NCBI GenBank assembly: GCA_037447125.1
Contig: JBBIHG010000003.1
Coordinates: 8,493 to 72,492, forward strand
From: Chloroflexota bacterium
GTDB taxonomy: Bacteria; Chloroflexota; Anaerolineae; Aggregatilineales; Aggregatilineaceae
Direction: 5' to 3'
DNA: 64,000 bases
Position 1 is the first letter of the stretch. Every line of letters starts with the position of its first letter. The position numbers were made by a program, and so were the translations under genes. The notes below the pieces were generated by a model that did no database searches, was not told the origin of the DNA, and saw only the letters and a list, made by a program, of their open reading frames with translations. Below, piece by piece: positions 30,141-38,836 of this stretch.

Positions 30141-31022
30141 ATGCAAACTACCTATCCAGCGCCCGCCACTCCCACACGGCGGCCGATCCGTTGGGACCGA
30201 GCGAGTTCGATCGCGCTGAAGTACGCCGTCCTGATCGCGCTGAGCATCGTGGTCACTATGCCGGTCGCGACGGCGGTGTTGGGGGGGATGCGGACCAACG
30301 GCGAATTTCTGGCCCGTCCCATCGATCTGCCGCGGCAGGGCATCCAGTGGGAAAACTACACCAGCATTCTCGAAGACGGCAAGTTCTGGCGGGCCGCCAA
30401 AAACAGCGTAGTGATTACGGTTGGCGTTGCCAGCATCAACATCACCCTCGCCAGCATGCTGGCCTTTGCCCTCAGCCGCGTGAAGTTCGCTGGGCGCAGC
30501 CTGTTGTTCAATATCATCTCGTTTGGTCTGTTGTTCCCGCTGGTCGTGGCGATCCTGCCCCTGTTCATCCAACTGCGCGCGCTGGGCCTGCTGAACTCGG
30601 TGTGGGGGATCATTCTGCCGATGGCTGCGTTCGGGCTGCCGAGCAGTGTGGTGATTCTGCGCGGCTTCTTCATGGCGATTCCCAAAGAACTCGAAGACGC
30701 CGCTTACATCGACGGGGCCACAGTCTTTGGGTTCTTCTTCTATATCCTGCTGCCAATCTCGCGACCGGCCCTGTCGGCGGTGATGACTATCAATATTGTG
30801 GCGGCGTGGAACGAGTACTTTCTGCCCCTGCTGGTGGTTGGGCCGTCTGAGGAGGCGTGGCCGCTGCCGCTGGGCATCATGCAGTTCCAGGGACAATACG
30901 GCACCGACTGGGCACGTGTGATGGCCTACGTCACCATCCTGATCATTCCGGCTGTGGTGTTCTACCTCTTCACCGAAAAGCTGATTGTCACCGGGCTGAC
31001 CGGCGGCGAGCTGAAAGGCTGA
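30141..31022 (+). CDS. Carbohydrate ABC transporter permease (MalG/UgpE type)
   Basis: EAA loop 'EDAAYIDGATVFGFFFYILLP'; six predicted TM segments. Confidence 0.85.
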   Translation: MQTTYPAPATPTRRPIRWDRASSIALKYAVLIALSIVVTMPVATAVLGGMRTNGEFLARPIDLPRQGIQWENYTSILEDGKFWRAAKNSVVITVGVASINITLASMLAFALSRVKFAGRSLLFNIISFGLLFPLVVAILPLFIQLRALGLLNSVWGIILPMAAFGLPSSVVILRGFFMAIPKELEDAAYIDGATVFGFFFYILLPISRPALSAVMTINIVAAWNEYFLPLLVVGPSEEAWPLPLGIMQFQGQYGTDWARVMAYVTILIIPAVVFYLFTEKLIVTGLTGGELKG

Positions 31023-31130
31023 GCGCGGTTTCGCACATCCCTGCCCGGTGAGCGCTGGCAGATGGGCCCGCTGGCCCGGTGCAGTTGGCCACTTTGGGAT
31101 ATCCTCACTACTCTAGGGAGAGCCACGATC

Positions 31131-32393
31131 ATGCGCAAACCTCTCAACGTCGTCTTGCTTGGCACGCTGATCGGTGTGCTGGCCGCTGCCGCGCTGCCTG
31201 CCCGAGCGCAGGGTGAGCATCGTCCCGCCCCTGTGCCACCGGACACCGGCGCGTTCTTCACTGGCGAATACCGCAATATGCTCGCAGAATGGGGCCTGAG
31301 TGAGGGTGAGATTCAGTCGCGCATTGAGGCCGTGTGGAACCAGCTCTTTTACGGTGATGAGCACACCGAGCGCGTGTATTACCCGGTCGGCGACGACATG
31401 GCCTATATCCTCGATACGGGACATGGCGACGTGCGCACCGAGGGCCAGTCCTACGGGATGATGATCGCGGTGCAGCTCGACAAGCAGGACGAGTTCAACC
31501 GCATCTGGAAGTGGACCAAGACGTACATGTATAACACTAGCGGGGCGTACCGGGGCTATTTCGCGTGGCACTGCAGGCCCGATGGCTCAAAGATCAACGA
31601 CAATCCCGCCTCAGATGGCGAACAGTGGTTTGTGATGGCGTTGTTCTTTGCCGCCGGGCGCTGGGGCAATGGCGAGGGTATCTTCAACTATGAGGCGGAA
31701 GCGAACGCGATCCTGTATACCATGCTGCACACCGCCGACGATCCACTGGCCATGGCGACCAATATGTTCGACGCCGAGACCAAACAGGTCGTGTTTGTGC
31801 CGTCCAAGAACCGTGATGGGCGCTTCACCAATCCTTCGTATCACCTGCCGCACTATTATGAGCTGTGGGCGCGGTGGGCTGCGCAAGATAACGCCTTCTG
31901 GCCCGCCGCCGCCGCCGCCAGCCGGGCCTTCTGGCGCAGGACGGCGCATCCGGAAACCGGACTGATGCCCAACTACGCGACCTTTGACGGCGCGCCGCAG
32001 TATTCGGCAGATTACGGGCAGTTCTTCTATGCTGACTCGTGGCGCAACGGCATGAATGTTGCGGTAGATTATGCTTGGTTCGCCGCGGATCCCTGGCAGA
32101 TCGAGCAGAGCAACCGGCTGCAAGCGTTCTTTGCAGCGCAGGGCATCCAGACGTATTCGGACAAGTGGCGCATCGACGGCAGCGAGTCTCTCACGCCCTG
32201 GCATTCCGAAGGACTCGTCGCCACCAACGCCGCCGCGAGCCTCGCCGCCAGCGAGCCGGTAGCCTGGGATTTCATCGCAGAATTCTGGAACACGCCGCTG
32301 CCTACCGGTAAATGGCGCTATTACAGCGGGCTGTTGTATCTGCTGAGCCTGCTGCACCTGAGCGGCGAGTTCAGGATCTACGCACCCCAATGA
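31131..32393 (+). CDS. Secreted glycoside hydrolase family 8 (Rex-like exo-oligoxylanase type)
   Basis: ATG at 31131 with a signal peptide. 'DVRTEGQSYGMMIAVQ', 'GYFAWHCRPDG', 'PASDGEQWFVMALFFAAGRWG' match remembered GH8 blocks. Confidence 0.75.
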   Translation: MRKPLNVVLLGTLIGVLAAAALPARAQGEHRPAPVPPDTGAFFTGEYRNMLAEWGLSEGEIQSRIEAVWNQLFYGDEHTERVYYPVGDDMAYILDTGHGDVRTEGQSYGMMIAVQLDKQDEFNRIWKWTKTYMYNTSGAYRGYFAWHCRPDGSKINDNPASDGEQWFVMALFFAAGRWGNGEGIFNYEAEANAILYTMLHTADDPLAMATNMFDAETKQVVFVPSKNRDGRFTNPSYHLPHYYELWARWAAQDNAFWPAAAAASRAFWRRTAHPETGLMPNYATFDGAPQYSADYGQFFYADSWRNGMNVAVDYAWFAADPWQIEQSNRLQAFFAAQGIQTYSDKWRIDGSESLTPWHSEGLVATNAAASLAASEPVAWDFIAEFWNTPLPTGKWRYYSGLLYLLSLLHLSGEFRIYAPQ

Positions 32394-32435
32394 AAGCGGG
32401 CTTCGTCTGGCCTCACAACCGTCTCCTGCTTTGAC

Positions 32436-32753
32436 AGGTAGTGAAGTGAGATTATCTCCAACCGGACAGGAAAGGGAGGCGTGAATGAGGTAGGATTGTG
32501 GTATGAACACAAACACACCTACCACTACACGACCTCCGTTGGCAACTTTAGCATGTGTCAATCAGCGGTGCGAATGGTACGGGCAAGCAGGGCAGCACCA
32601 TCTGACCGTGCGCAAGACCTATGGAAAGGATGGGATTCGGTACTTGCGCTGTCGAGCGTGCGGGAGCGAGTTCAGTGAGCGAAAGAACACAGCGCTGTGG
32701 AACACCTCACGCCCAATACCTCCGCTATCGAGCGGCGCAATGGCACAGCGCGC
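32436..32753 (+). mobile_element. Degraded IS (IS1-family-like) 5' end with transposase fragments
   Basis: Terminus AGGTAGTGAAGTGAGATTATCTCC. ATG at 32503 encodes a zinc-ribbon N-terminus 'CVNQRCEWYGQAG...RYLRCRACGSEFSERKNT'. After a frame change only a short 'NTSAIERRNGTAR' block remains (32715-32753). Confidence 0.7.
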
Positions 32754-33041
32754 TACATCTTCGAGGAATGGTATCGCTTCCAGGGCAGCGATGTAGTGGT
32801 GTGCGGCAAGACGGGCACCGCCCAGACCGGCGGCGCAGGCACCAAGCCCCAGGCCTGGTTCGTGGCTTTTGCCCCCCAGGATGACCCCGAGATCGCGATT
32901 GTGGCGACGGTGGAGAACTCGTGCGAAGGGTCCGAGGTCGCCGCGCCAATTGTGCGCCGCATTGTCGAGGATTACTACGGGATGCTCCACTCCGAATGGC
33001 CGCCGCTGTGGGTGTCGGGCTGCATCCCGCTGGGCGAGTAG
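32754..33041 (+). pseudogene. C-terminal remnant of a class B penicillin-binding protein (transpeptidase)
   Basis: 'VVVCGKTGTAQ' (KTG motif) and 'AWFVAFAPQDDPEIAIVATVENSCEGSEVAAPIVRRI'. It is fused in frame to the transposase fragment. No N-terminal PBP sequence lies upstream. Confidence 0.75.
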
Positions 33042-33255
33042 GCGGTCTGGGCTGCTCGCTGCCGATCTCGATCTTCGCGTGCTGTCGTGCCGTGGGATGG
33101 TCGGCAGGGCGACATCTTGTTACGGTAATCTCTTGATATGGCCACGTTAGTCTCGTGAGCGTCCTGATCGACTCAGGCCCGATCATTTGTCGTGGCAGGT
33201 TTTCACAGGATTGTGTTCCGCAGGTCAGCTACGGGGAACGAGACAATCACGAAAG

Positions 33256-33283
33256 TTGCTGAATCGTTCATTTGTTCTATAAT
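33256..33283 (+). promoter_or_regulatory. Candidate sigma70-type promoter for the 33315 methylase
   Basis: TTGCTG, 16 nt spacer, then TATAAT (33278-33283), 32 nt upstream of the ATG. Confidence 0.45.
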
Positions 33284-33314
33284 CGAGTGTAATCAAGTCT
33301 AATCGGGGAAGCGC

Positions 33315-34619
33315 ATGATTGACTCAACGGCGACTTCTGCCGGCGCTAATCAGATTCAAGAGACAGACCGGGGGATACACGACTGGTATCGCTTCGTCCT
33401 GTCTTTTCCCCCCCATCTAGTCCGGCGTTATCTGGACGATTTTGATGCCAAATCTGGACAAACTGTTCTTGATCCATTCTGTGGTACAGGTACGACGCTC
33501 GTTGAAGCCCGCAAGCTAGGCTTCGCTTGCACTGGGATCGAAGCCAACCCAATGGCCTATTTTGCCTGTAAGGTGAAGACGCAGTGGAACATATCCCTGG
33601 AGGATTTCGAACAACACAGCCAGGAGATCGCCAGGCAAACTAGCGCCATCTTGAGCGCACATGGTTTTGACTACAGCGACCTGCCACTGTTCGCCAAGCC
33701 CGATACAACAGCGAGCAATCTTCGCCATCTGAGTCATGAACGAGCGGGACTGCTGCTGTCCGGTTCGATAAGCCCTCGCCCACTTCATCGTGCGCTGGTC
33801 TTGCTCGATCTGATCCGTGCCAGTGCAAAGCCCTGGTCATGTCATCAAGAACTGGCATTTGCGGCCACATTAGTCGCCGACGCAAGCAATCTGAAGTTCG
33901 GGCCAGAGGTTGGAGTCAACCGAAAGCCGAGGGAAGATGCTGACGTGGTGGGCTGTTGGATGGGGCGAGTGAGGCAAATGGCTGCCGATCTGCGTGCACT
34001 ACCTGACCGATCACACCGACCTGTAACTGTCTTTCATGGCGATGCACGGGATGCGTTCCCTTTCGAGAAAAACAGCGTTGACTTTGTGATCACTTCTCCT
34101 CCATATCCTAATGAGAAGGACTATACGCGCACTACTCGCCTGGAAAGTGTCGTGCTTGGCTTTATCAACTCACGACAAGAACTTCAGGCTGTCAAAAAGA
34201 AGCTGCTACGGAGTAACACACGGAACGTGTATGTTGACGATCAGGATGATCGCTGGGTACAGCAATTCGCATCTATTCGGCAACTAGCCGGTCAGATAGA
34301 AGCGAGGCGTTTGGAACTGGGCAAGACTTCGGGGTTTGAGAGGCTGTATCACCGTGTCGTACGCCTTTACTTTGGAGGGATGTATCGCCACCTTGAGGCC
34401 GTGAAGCATGTGCTCAGGCCTGGTGCGCTATGTGCCTATGTGGTGGGAGACCAGGAATCCTACTTTCGGATCACGATCCGAACCGGGCAACTACTCGCCG
34501 AAATCGCTGAGCATTGCGGATACAAGATTGAGCGCATCGATCTCTGGCGCACACGTCCGGCGACTGCAACAGGTTGTCAGATTCGCGAGGAGGTAGTTAT
34601 ATTGCGCTGGCTGGGTTGA
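33315..34619 (+). CDS. N4/N6 DNA methyltransferase (motif I before SPPY, long intervening region)
   Basis: 'VLDPFCGTGTTLVEARKLG' (AdoMet) and 'DFVITSPPYPNEKDY' (catalytic). Low GC (28/60 at 34081-34140). Confidence 0.8.
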   Translation: MIDSTATSAGANQIQETDRGIHDWYRFVLSFPPHLVRRYLDDFDAKSGQTVLDPFCGTGTTLVEARKLGFACTGIEANPMAYFACKVKTQWNISLEDFEQHSQEIARQTSAILSAHGFDYSDLPLFAKPDTTASNLRHLSHERAGLLLSGSISPRPLHRALVLLDLIRASAKPWSCHQELAFAATLVADASNLKFGPEVGVNRKPREDADVVGCWMGRVRQMAADLRALPDRSHRPVTVFHGDARDAFPFEKNSVDFVITSPPYPNEKDYTRTTRLESVVLGFINSRQELQAVKKKLLRSNTRNVYVDDQDDRWVQQFASIRQLAGQIEARRLELGKTSGFERLYHRVVRLYFGGMYRHLEAVKHVLRPGALCAYVVGDQESYFRITIRTGQLLAEIAEHCGYKIERIDLWRTRPATATGCQIREEVVILRWLG

Positions 34620-35390
34620 TCACGTGGCATCACGAAACAGCCGGTACCGTTTGTAAGAGCGCGTCTGGAGTTTGAGAGGATCAGAAGTCGCTGTGAATTC
34701 CACAAAGACCATTGACCCATCATCCAGCACCTTGACGCCTAAAGGGCGCACAGCTAGCCCAGGGTACTCCTGTTCAGCGTAGGCAACCATTGAGGATATC
34801 TGAACTCGATTGAGTTGATCTTTCAAACTCGCGGGCTTAGCTTCAATAGGTATACAGAACCATTGCCCATCTGTATTGACCCCAAGATAGAGATCGTCCA
34901 CTTCTATCTGCCCCATGTCTCGCACATAGGCCCTGAGATGGGATTGGAGATGGTATACGGTCAGGCTGGTGAAGATATCAACCAGGCGATTGTAGCGGAT
35001 CTGAACCAGCACACTTTGCTCGTCGCCTTTTGCGAACATGAGCACAATTTCGGGAATCGCATTGGGGATATCCGTGATCTCCAGTTCCAGGGGCACGGCA
35101 AGTTCCACAGGAATATCCAGCCTGACCAGGGTGTATTTCCCTTTGCCCTCGCCTCTGATGACCCAGTTTCCATGCCTCACCATTTCTGGCGGGAAGTCCC
35201 GCCTTCCAGAACGATAAGAATAGATAATATCGGGAATATTCTTGATATGTAACTCTTCTGCTATCTGATCAAGGAAACCCTTGTCAAAGGGTAATACCTC
35301 GGCTTCAAGGCCGTATTGCAGCGTCAGGCGTTTGAAGACTGCCAGAATCACTTCATCGTAACGTGAGAGACCTTCTACTTCATTTTCCAC
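34620..35390 (-). CDS. Putative PD-(D/E)XK type II restriction endonuclease, convergent with and abutting the methylase
   Basis: GTG at 35390 preceded by GGAGAGG. Candidate catalytic 'IEVDDLYLG...CIPIEAKP' (D...E-x-K). Its stop directly adjoins the methylase stop. The tracked N-terminal extension to 35651 covers a REP-B hairpin. Confidence 0.55.
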   Translation of the reverse strand: MENEVEGLSRYDEVILAVFKRLTLQYGLEAEVLPFDKGFLDQIAEELHIKNIPDIIYSYRSGRRDFPPEMVRHGNWVIRGEGKGKYTLVRLDIPVELAVPLELEITDIPNAIPEIVLMFAKGDEQSVLVQIRYNRLVDIFTSLTVYHLQSHLRAYVRDMGQIEVDDLYLGVNTDGQWFCIPIEAKPASLKDQLNRVQISSMVAYAEQEYPGLAVRPLGVKVLDDGSMVFVEFTATSDPLKLQTRSYKRYRLFRDAT

Positions 35391-35471
35391 AGGCAACCTC
35401 TCCTTGCACTCTCTGCAACCTCGGAGTATAGAGGCTGTTATGAACTTTGGCAGGCGGGTAGCTCCCGTGCT

Positions 35472-35574
35472 TGCCCCCCCATCCTCGGTCCTTCCCCCGC
35501 AAGGGGGGAAGGAAGAAGCCCGCCCTGGCCCCTTCCCTCCGCTTGCGTGGGGGAAGGGGTCGGGGGATGGGGGG
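35472..35574. repeat. REP-B double hairpin (CCTTCCCCCGCAAGGGGGGAAGG; CCCCTTCCCTCCGCTTGCGTGGGGGAAGGGG)
   Basis: Read directly. Same family as 9541, 45617 and 47680. Confidence 0.8.
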
Positions 35575-35779
35575 CGTCTACCCGGCAGAAGTGCATAACA
35601 CGCTCTAGGGCCTTTTGCCAACCAGTACCACTGCCATTCTTTTCGTATCATTCCGTCGTGACAGAAGTAACTATCCGCACCTTGCCCCTCATGTTATGCT
35701 GCATGGATTAGGCGTCTTTACAATTGTTAGGTACAGGTAAGCCATAGGACGCTCGCCATTGTTGTTGGGGAGAATTGCC

Positions 35780-37405
35780 TTGACCACGACCTCTGTGGAT
35801 GTGCTGGTCATCGGCGGCGGCGCGACCGGAGCCGCCGCCCTCTATGATCTGGCGCGGCGCGGCGTGCGCGCCCTGCTGGTAGACCAGCTCGACTTCACCA
35901 CTGGCACATCGGGGCGCTACCACGGCCTGCTCCATTCCGGCGGGCGCTACGCCGGGCATGACCTGGAGACCGCCCACGAGTGCATCGTCGAGAACCGGGT
36001 GCTGCGCCGCATCGTCCCCTTCGCCGTGGAGGACACGGGCGGGCTGTTCGTCGCCACGCCCGCCGACCCCGCCGATTTCCCCGCCCGCTGGCTGGACGGC
36101 TGCGCCAAAGCAGGCATTCCCACCGAGCCGCTGAGCGCGGCCCAGGCCCGCGCCGAAGAACCCGCGCTGACGCCGGCCATCACCGCCGTCTACCGCGTGC
36201 CGGATGGCTCGGTGGACTCCTTCGATATGATTCACGGCTTTGTCGAGGCGGCGCGCTCTCTAGGGAGCGACGCCTGGATCTACCAGCAGGTGACCGCGCT
36301 GCTGCGCGAAGGCGACGCCGTGGTCGGCGCGACGCTGCACGACACGCGCACCGGCGAGCAGCGCACAGTCCACGCCGCCTGTGTGCTCAACGCGACCGGC
36401 CCCTGGGCGGGAGTCGTGGCGCGGCTGGCCGGGCTGGAGGTGAGCGTCAAGTTCGACCGGGGCGCGATGGTCGCCATGAACACGCGCTGGGTCAACACCA
36501 TCGTCAACCGCCTGCGCCCTGCCTCCGACGGCGACATCCTGGTGCCGGTGGGCACGGTCTGCGTGCTGGGCACCACCTCCGTACACACCGCCTCACCCGA
36601 CGATTATCGCGTCGAAGCGTGGGAAGTCAGCAAGATTCTGGCCGAGGCCGATGTCGTCGTGCCGGGCATCCGCCACGGGCGGGCGCTGCGCGCCTGGGCG
36701 GGCGTGCGCCCACTCTACGAGCCGCCCCAGGCCGGCAACAACAAGGCGCAGGGCCGCGAGGTGGCGCGCACCTTCTCCGTGCTGGATCACGCCGCGCTGG
36801 ATGGCGTGCGCGGCCTGGTGACCGTCACCGGCGGCAAGCTGACCACCTGCCGCCTGATGGCCGAAAAAGCGGTGGACGCTGCCTGCGCGCAGCTTGGCAT
36901 CAGCGCGCCCTGCACCACCGCTGACGAAGTGCTGCCCATCCCTGCCGCCACAGCCGGGCGTTATCACCGCCTGGATCATCGCCTGCACAAGCTGGAGCAC
37001 GGCGAAATGCCCGGCGAATTGATCTGCGAGTGCGAGCTGGTCACCCGCCCGCAACTGGAAGCGGCCATCGCCGCCTACGGCGACCAGCCAGTCGCCCTGG
37101 ACGACCTGCGCCGCGATCTGCGCCTGGGCATGGGGCCGTGCCAGGCGGGTTTTTGCAGCGTGCGCGCGGCGGGCATTCTGCAGGCGGTCAAGGGCCAGGC
37201 CAGCGCCGAGGCGACGGCGGCCCTGAGCGCGTTCGTGGACGAGCGTTTTCGCGGCGTGCGGCCCCTGCTGTGGGGCCACCAACTGCGCCAGCTTTACCTC
37301 GACGAGCTGATCTACCGGCGCACGCTCGGCCTTGACCGGCTGCCCGGCGAAGGCGTCCCCCAGGCGACAGCCGCCACGCCGGACGAGGAGGCTGCCCATG
37401 GCTGA
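35780..37405 (+). CDS. glpA: Anaerobic glycerol-3-phosphate dehydrogenase subunit A
   Basis: FAD fold 'VDVLVIGGGATGAAALYDLARRG', 'GTSGRYHGLLHSGGRY', C-terminal BFD-like 'ICECELVT' Cys motif. The start is uncertain (TTG at 35780 or 35759). Confidence 0.85.
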   Translation: MTTTSVDVLVIGGGATGAAALYDLARRGVRALLVDQLDFTTGTSGRYHGLLHSGGRYAGHDLETAHECIVENRVLRRIVPFAVEDTGGLFVATPADPADFPARWLDGCAKAGIPTEPLSAAQARAEEPALTPAITAVYRVPDGSVDSFDMIHGFVEAARSLGSDAWIYQQVTALLREGDAVVGATLHDTRTGEQRTVHAACVLNATGPWAGVVARLAGLEVSVKFDRGAMVAMNTRWVNTIVNRLRPASDGDILVPVGTVCVLGTTSVHTASPDDYRVEAWEVSKILAEADVVVPGIRHGRALRAWAGVRPLYEPPQAGNNKAQGREVARTFSVLDHAALDGVRGLVTVTGGKLTTCRLMAEKAVDAACAQLGISAPCTTADEVLPIPAATAGRYHRLDHRLHKLEHGEMPGELICECELVTRPQLEAAIAAYGDQPVALDDLRRDLRLGMGPCQAGFCSVRAAGILQAVKGQASAEATAALSAFVDERFRGVRPLLWGHQLRQLYLDELIYRRTLGLDRLPGEGVPQATAATPDEEAAHG

Positions 37406-38714
37406 GAAACGCAAAGCGGGCCGCTGCACCATAGACTCCCACGCGGGGCGGGGCAGCGATGTGATCGTCATCGGGGCGGGGCTGGCCGGGCTGCTGGCGG
37501 CGGTTCATGCCGTCAAAGCCGGGGCGCGCGTCCGCCTGATCGCCAGCGGCTGGGGCCAGCAGATCGTCAGCCCCGGCTGGATCAGCGTGTACGACCGCGC
37601 CGCCGCCGACGTGATCGCCGAGGTGCGCAGCTATGCTGCGCTGCACCCGGATCACCCCTATGCCCTGGCCGGGCTGGATGCGCTGGTCTGCGCGCTGGAC
37701 CTCTTCCAGGACATCGCCGAGGAAATCGGCGAGCCGTTCGTCATGCGCCCCAGGGACGGGCACAACCTGCGCCTGGCGACCATGCTCGGCGCGATTCAGA
37801 CGCCGCTGCTCGCCCCGCAGGGCATCGCCGCCGGCGATCTTACAGAGCCTGGGGGGCCACTGCTGATCGCTGGCTTCGCCGGCTGGCGCGACTTCTACCC
37901 GGCGCTGGTCGCCGGCAACCTGAGCGCGCAGGGCATCGCCGCGCGCGCGCTGACGGTGACTCTGCCCGCCGGGCGCGGGTCGTGGGACGACTGGCCCGCC
38001 GATCTTGCCCGCCGCTTCGATGACTCTGCTTTCCGCACGGCAGTGCTGCGCCAGATTCAGCCACAGGTCAAGGAGGCAGTCAAGGTCGGCTTCCCGGCGG
38101 TGCTGGGCATGGAGGGGCACGCCGAGGTGCTGCGCGAGTTCGAGGCGGGCCTGGGCCGCCCGGTCTTCGAGATTCCCACCCTGCCGCCCAGCCCGGCGGG
38201 GACGCGGCTGAGCAACGGCATCCGCCGCTGGCTGCTGCGTCACCGGGCGCGGGTGCAGGTCGGGCACCCGGTCGTGCGCGGGATCGTCGCGGACGGGCGC
38301 TGCACTGGCGTCGAAGTCGGCGCGCTGGGCCACGCCAACCCGTTCTACGCCGATGCTTTCGTCCTGGCGACGGGCGGGCTGTACAACGGCGGCATCCAGA
38401 GCGACGAGACGGGCCGCCTATGGGAGCCGGTCTTCGGCCTCCCCGTCAGCGGGCCGGAGGGCGAGGGCCGCGAGGCGTGGTACGGCGAGCGGTTGCTGGC
38501 TGGGCGCGGCCATGCCATTCACCGCCATACCGGGCTGCGCGTCAACGCGCAGATGCAGCCGCTGGATGCTGAGGGCGCGCCCGTGCTGGAGAACGTCTTC
38601 GCCGCCGGGCACCTGCTGGCGGGCTTCAACCCGCTGACCGACGGCTGCGCCGAGGGCGTGGCCCTGGCGACGGCCTACAAAGCCGTGAGCGCGGCGCTGG
38701 CGGCGCGGGCGTGA
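37398..38714 (+). CDS. glpB: Anaerobic glycerol-3-phosphate dehydrogenase subunit B
   Basis: ATG at 37398 overlaps the glpA stop. 'DVIVIGAGLAGLLAA'. Position between glpA and glpC. Confidence 0.8.
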   Translation: MAEKRKAGRCTIDSHAGRGSDVIVIGAGLAGLLAAVHAVKAGARVRLIASGWGQQIVSPGWISVYDRAAADVIAEVRSYAALHPDHPYALAGLDALVCALDLFQDIAEEIGEPFVMRPRDGHNLRLATMLGAIQTPLLAPQGIAAGDLTEPGGPLLIAGFAGWRDFYPALVAGNLSAQGIAARALTVTLPAGRGSWDDWPADLARRFDDSAFRTAVLRQIQPQVKEAVKVGFPAVLGMEGHAEVLREFEAGLGRPVFEIPTLPPSPAGTRLSNGIRRWLLRHRARVQVGHPVVRGIVADGRCTGVEVGALGHANPFYADAFVLATGGLYNGGIQSDETGRLWEPVFGLPVSGPEGEGREAWYGERLLAGRGHAIHRHTGLRVNAQMQPLDAEGAPVLENVFAAGHLLAGFNPLTDGCAEGVALATAYKAVSAALAARA

Positions 38715-38836
38715 GGGTTTGCCCAGGAAACGAAAAAGCCCTCGCGGGCTTCGAAGGCGTGTGCCTTCCACCTCCAGGTGACTGGATTGACAGTAGTATA
38801 GCACGATCAACGTACTCACGCAGTTGGCGGAATCTC

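Noticed and set aside
35391-35651. N-terminal extension of the 343-aa minus ORF
   Set aside because: It translates the REP-B hairpins (Gly/Pro-rich 'PSPDPFPHASGGKGPG'). A GTG with a GGAGAGG RBS at 35390 is a better start.
36593-38333. Minus-strand ORFs 36593-37471 and 37188-38333
   Set aside because: Antisense to glpA/glpB.
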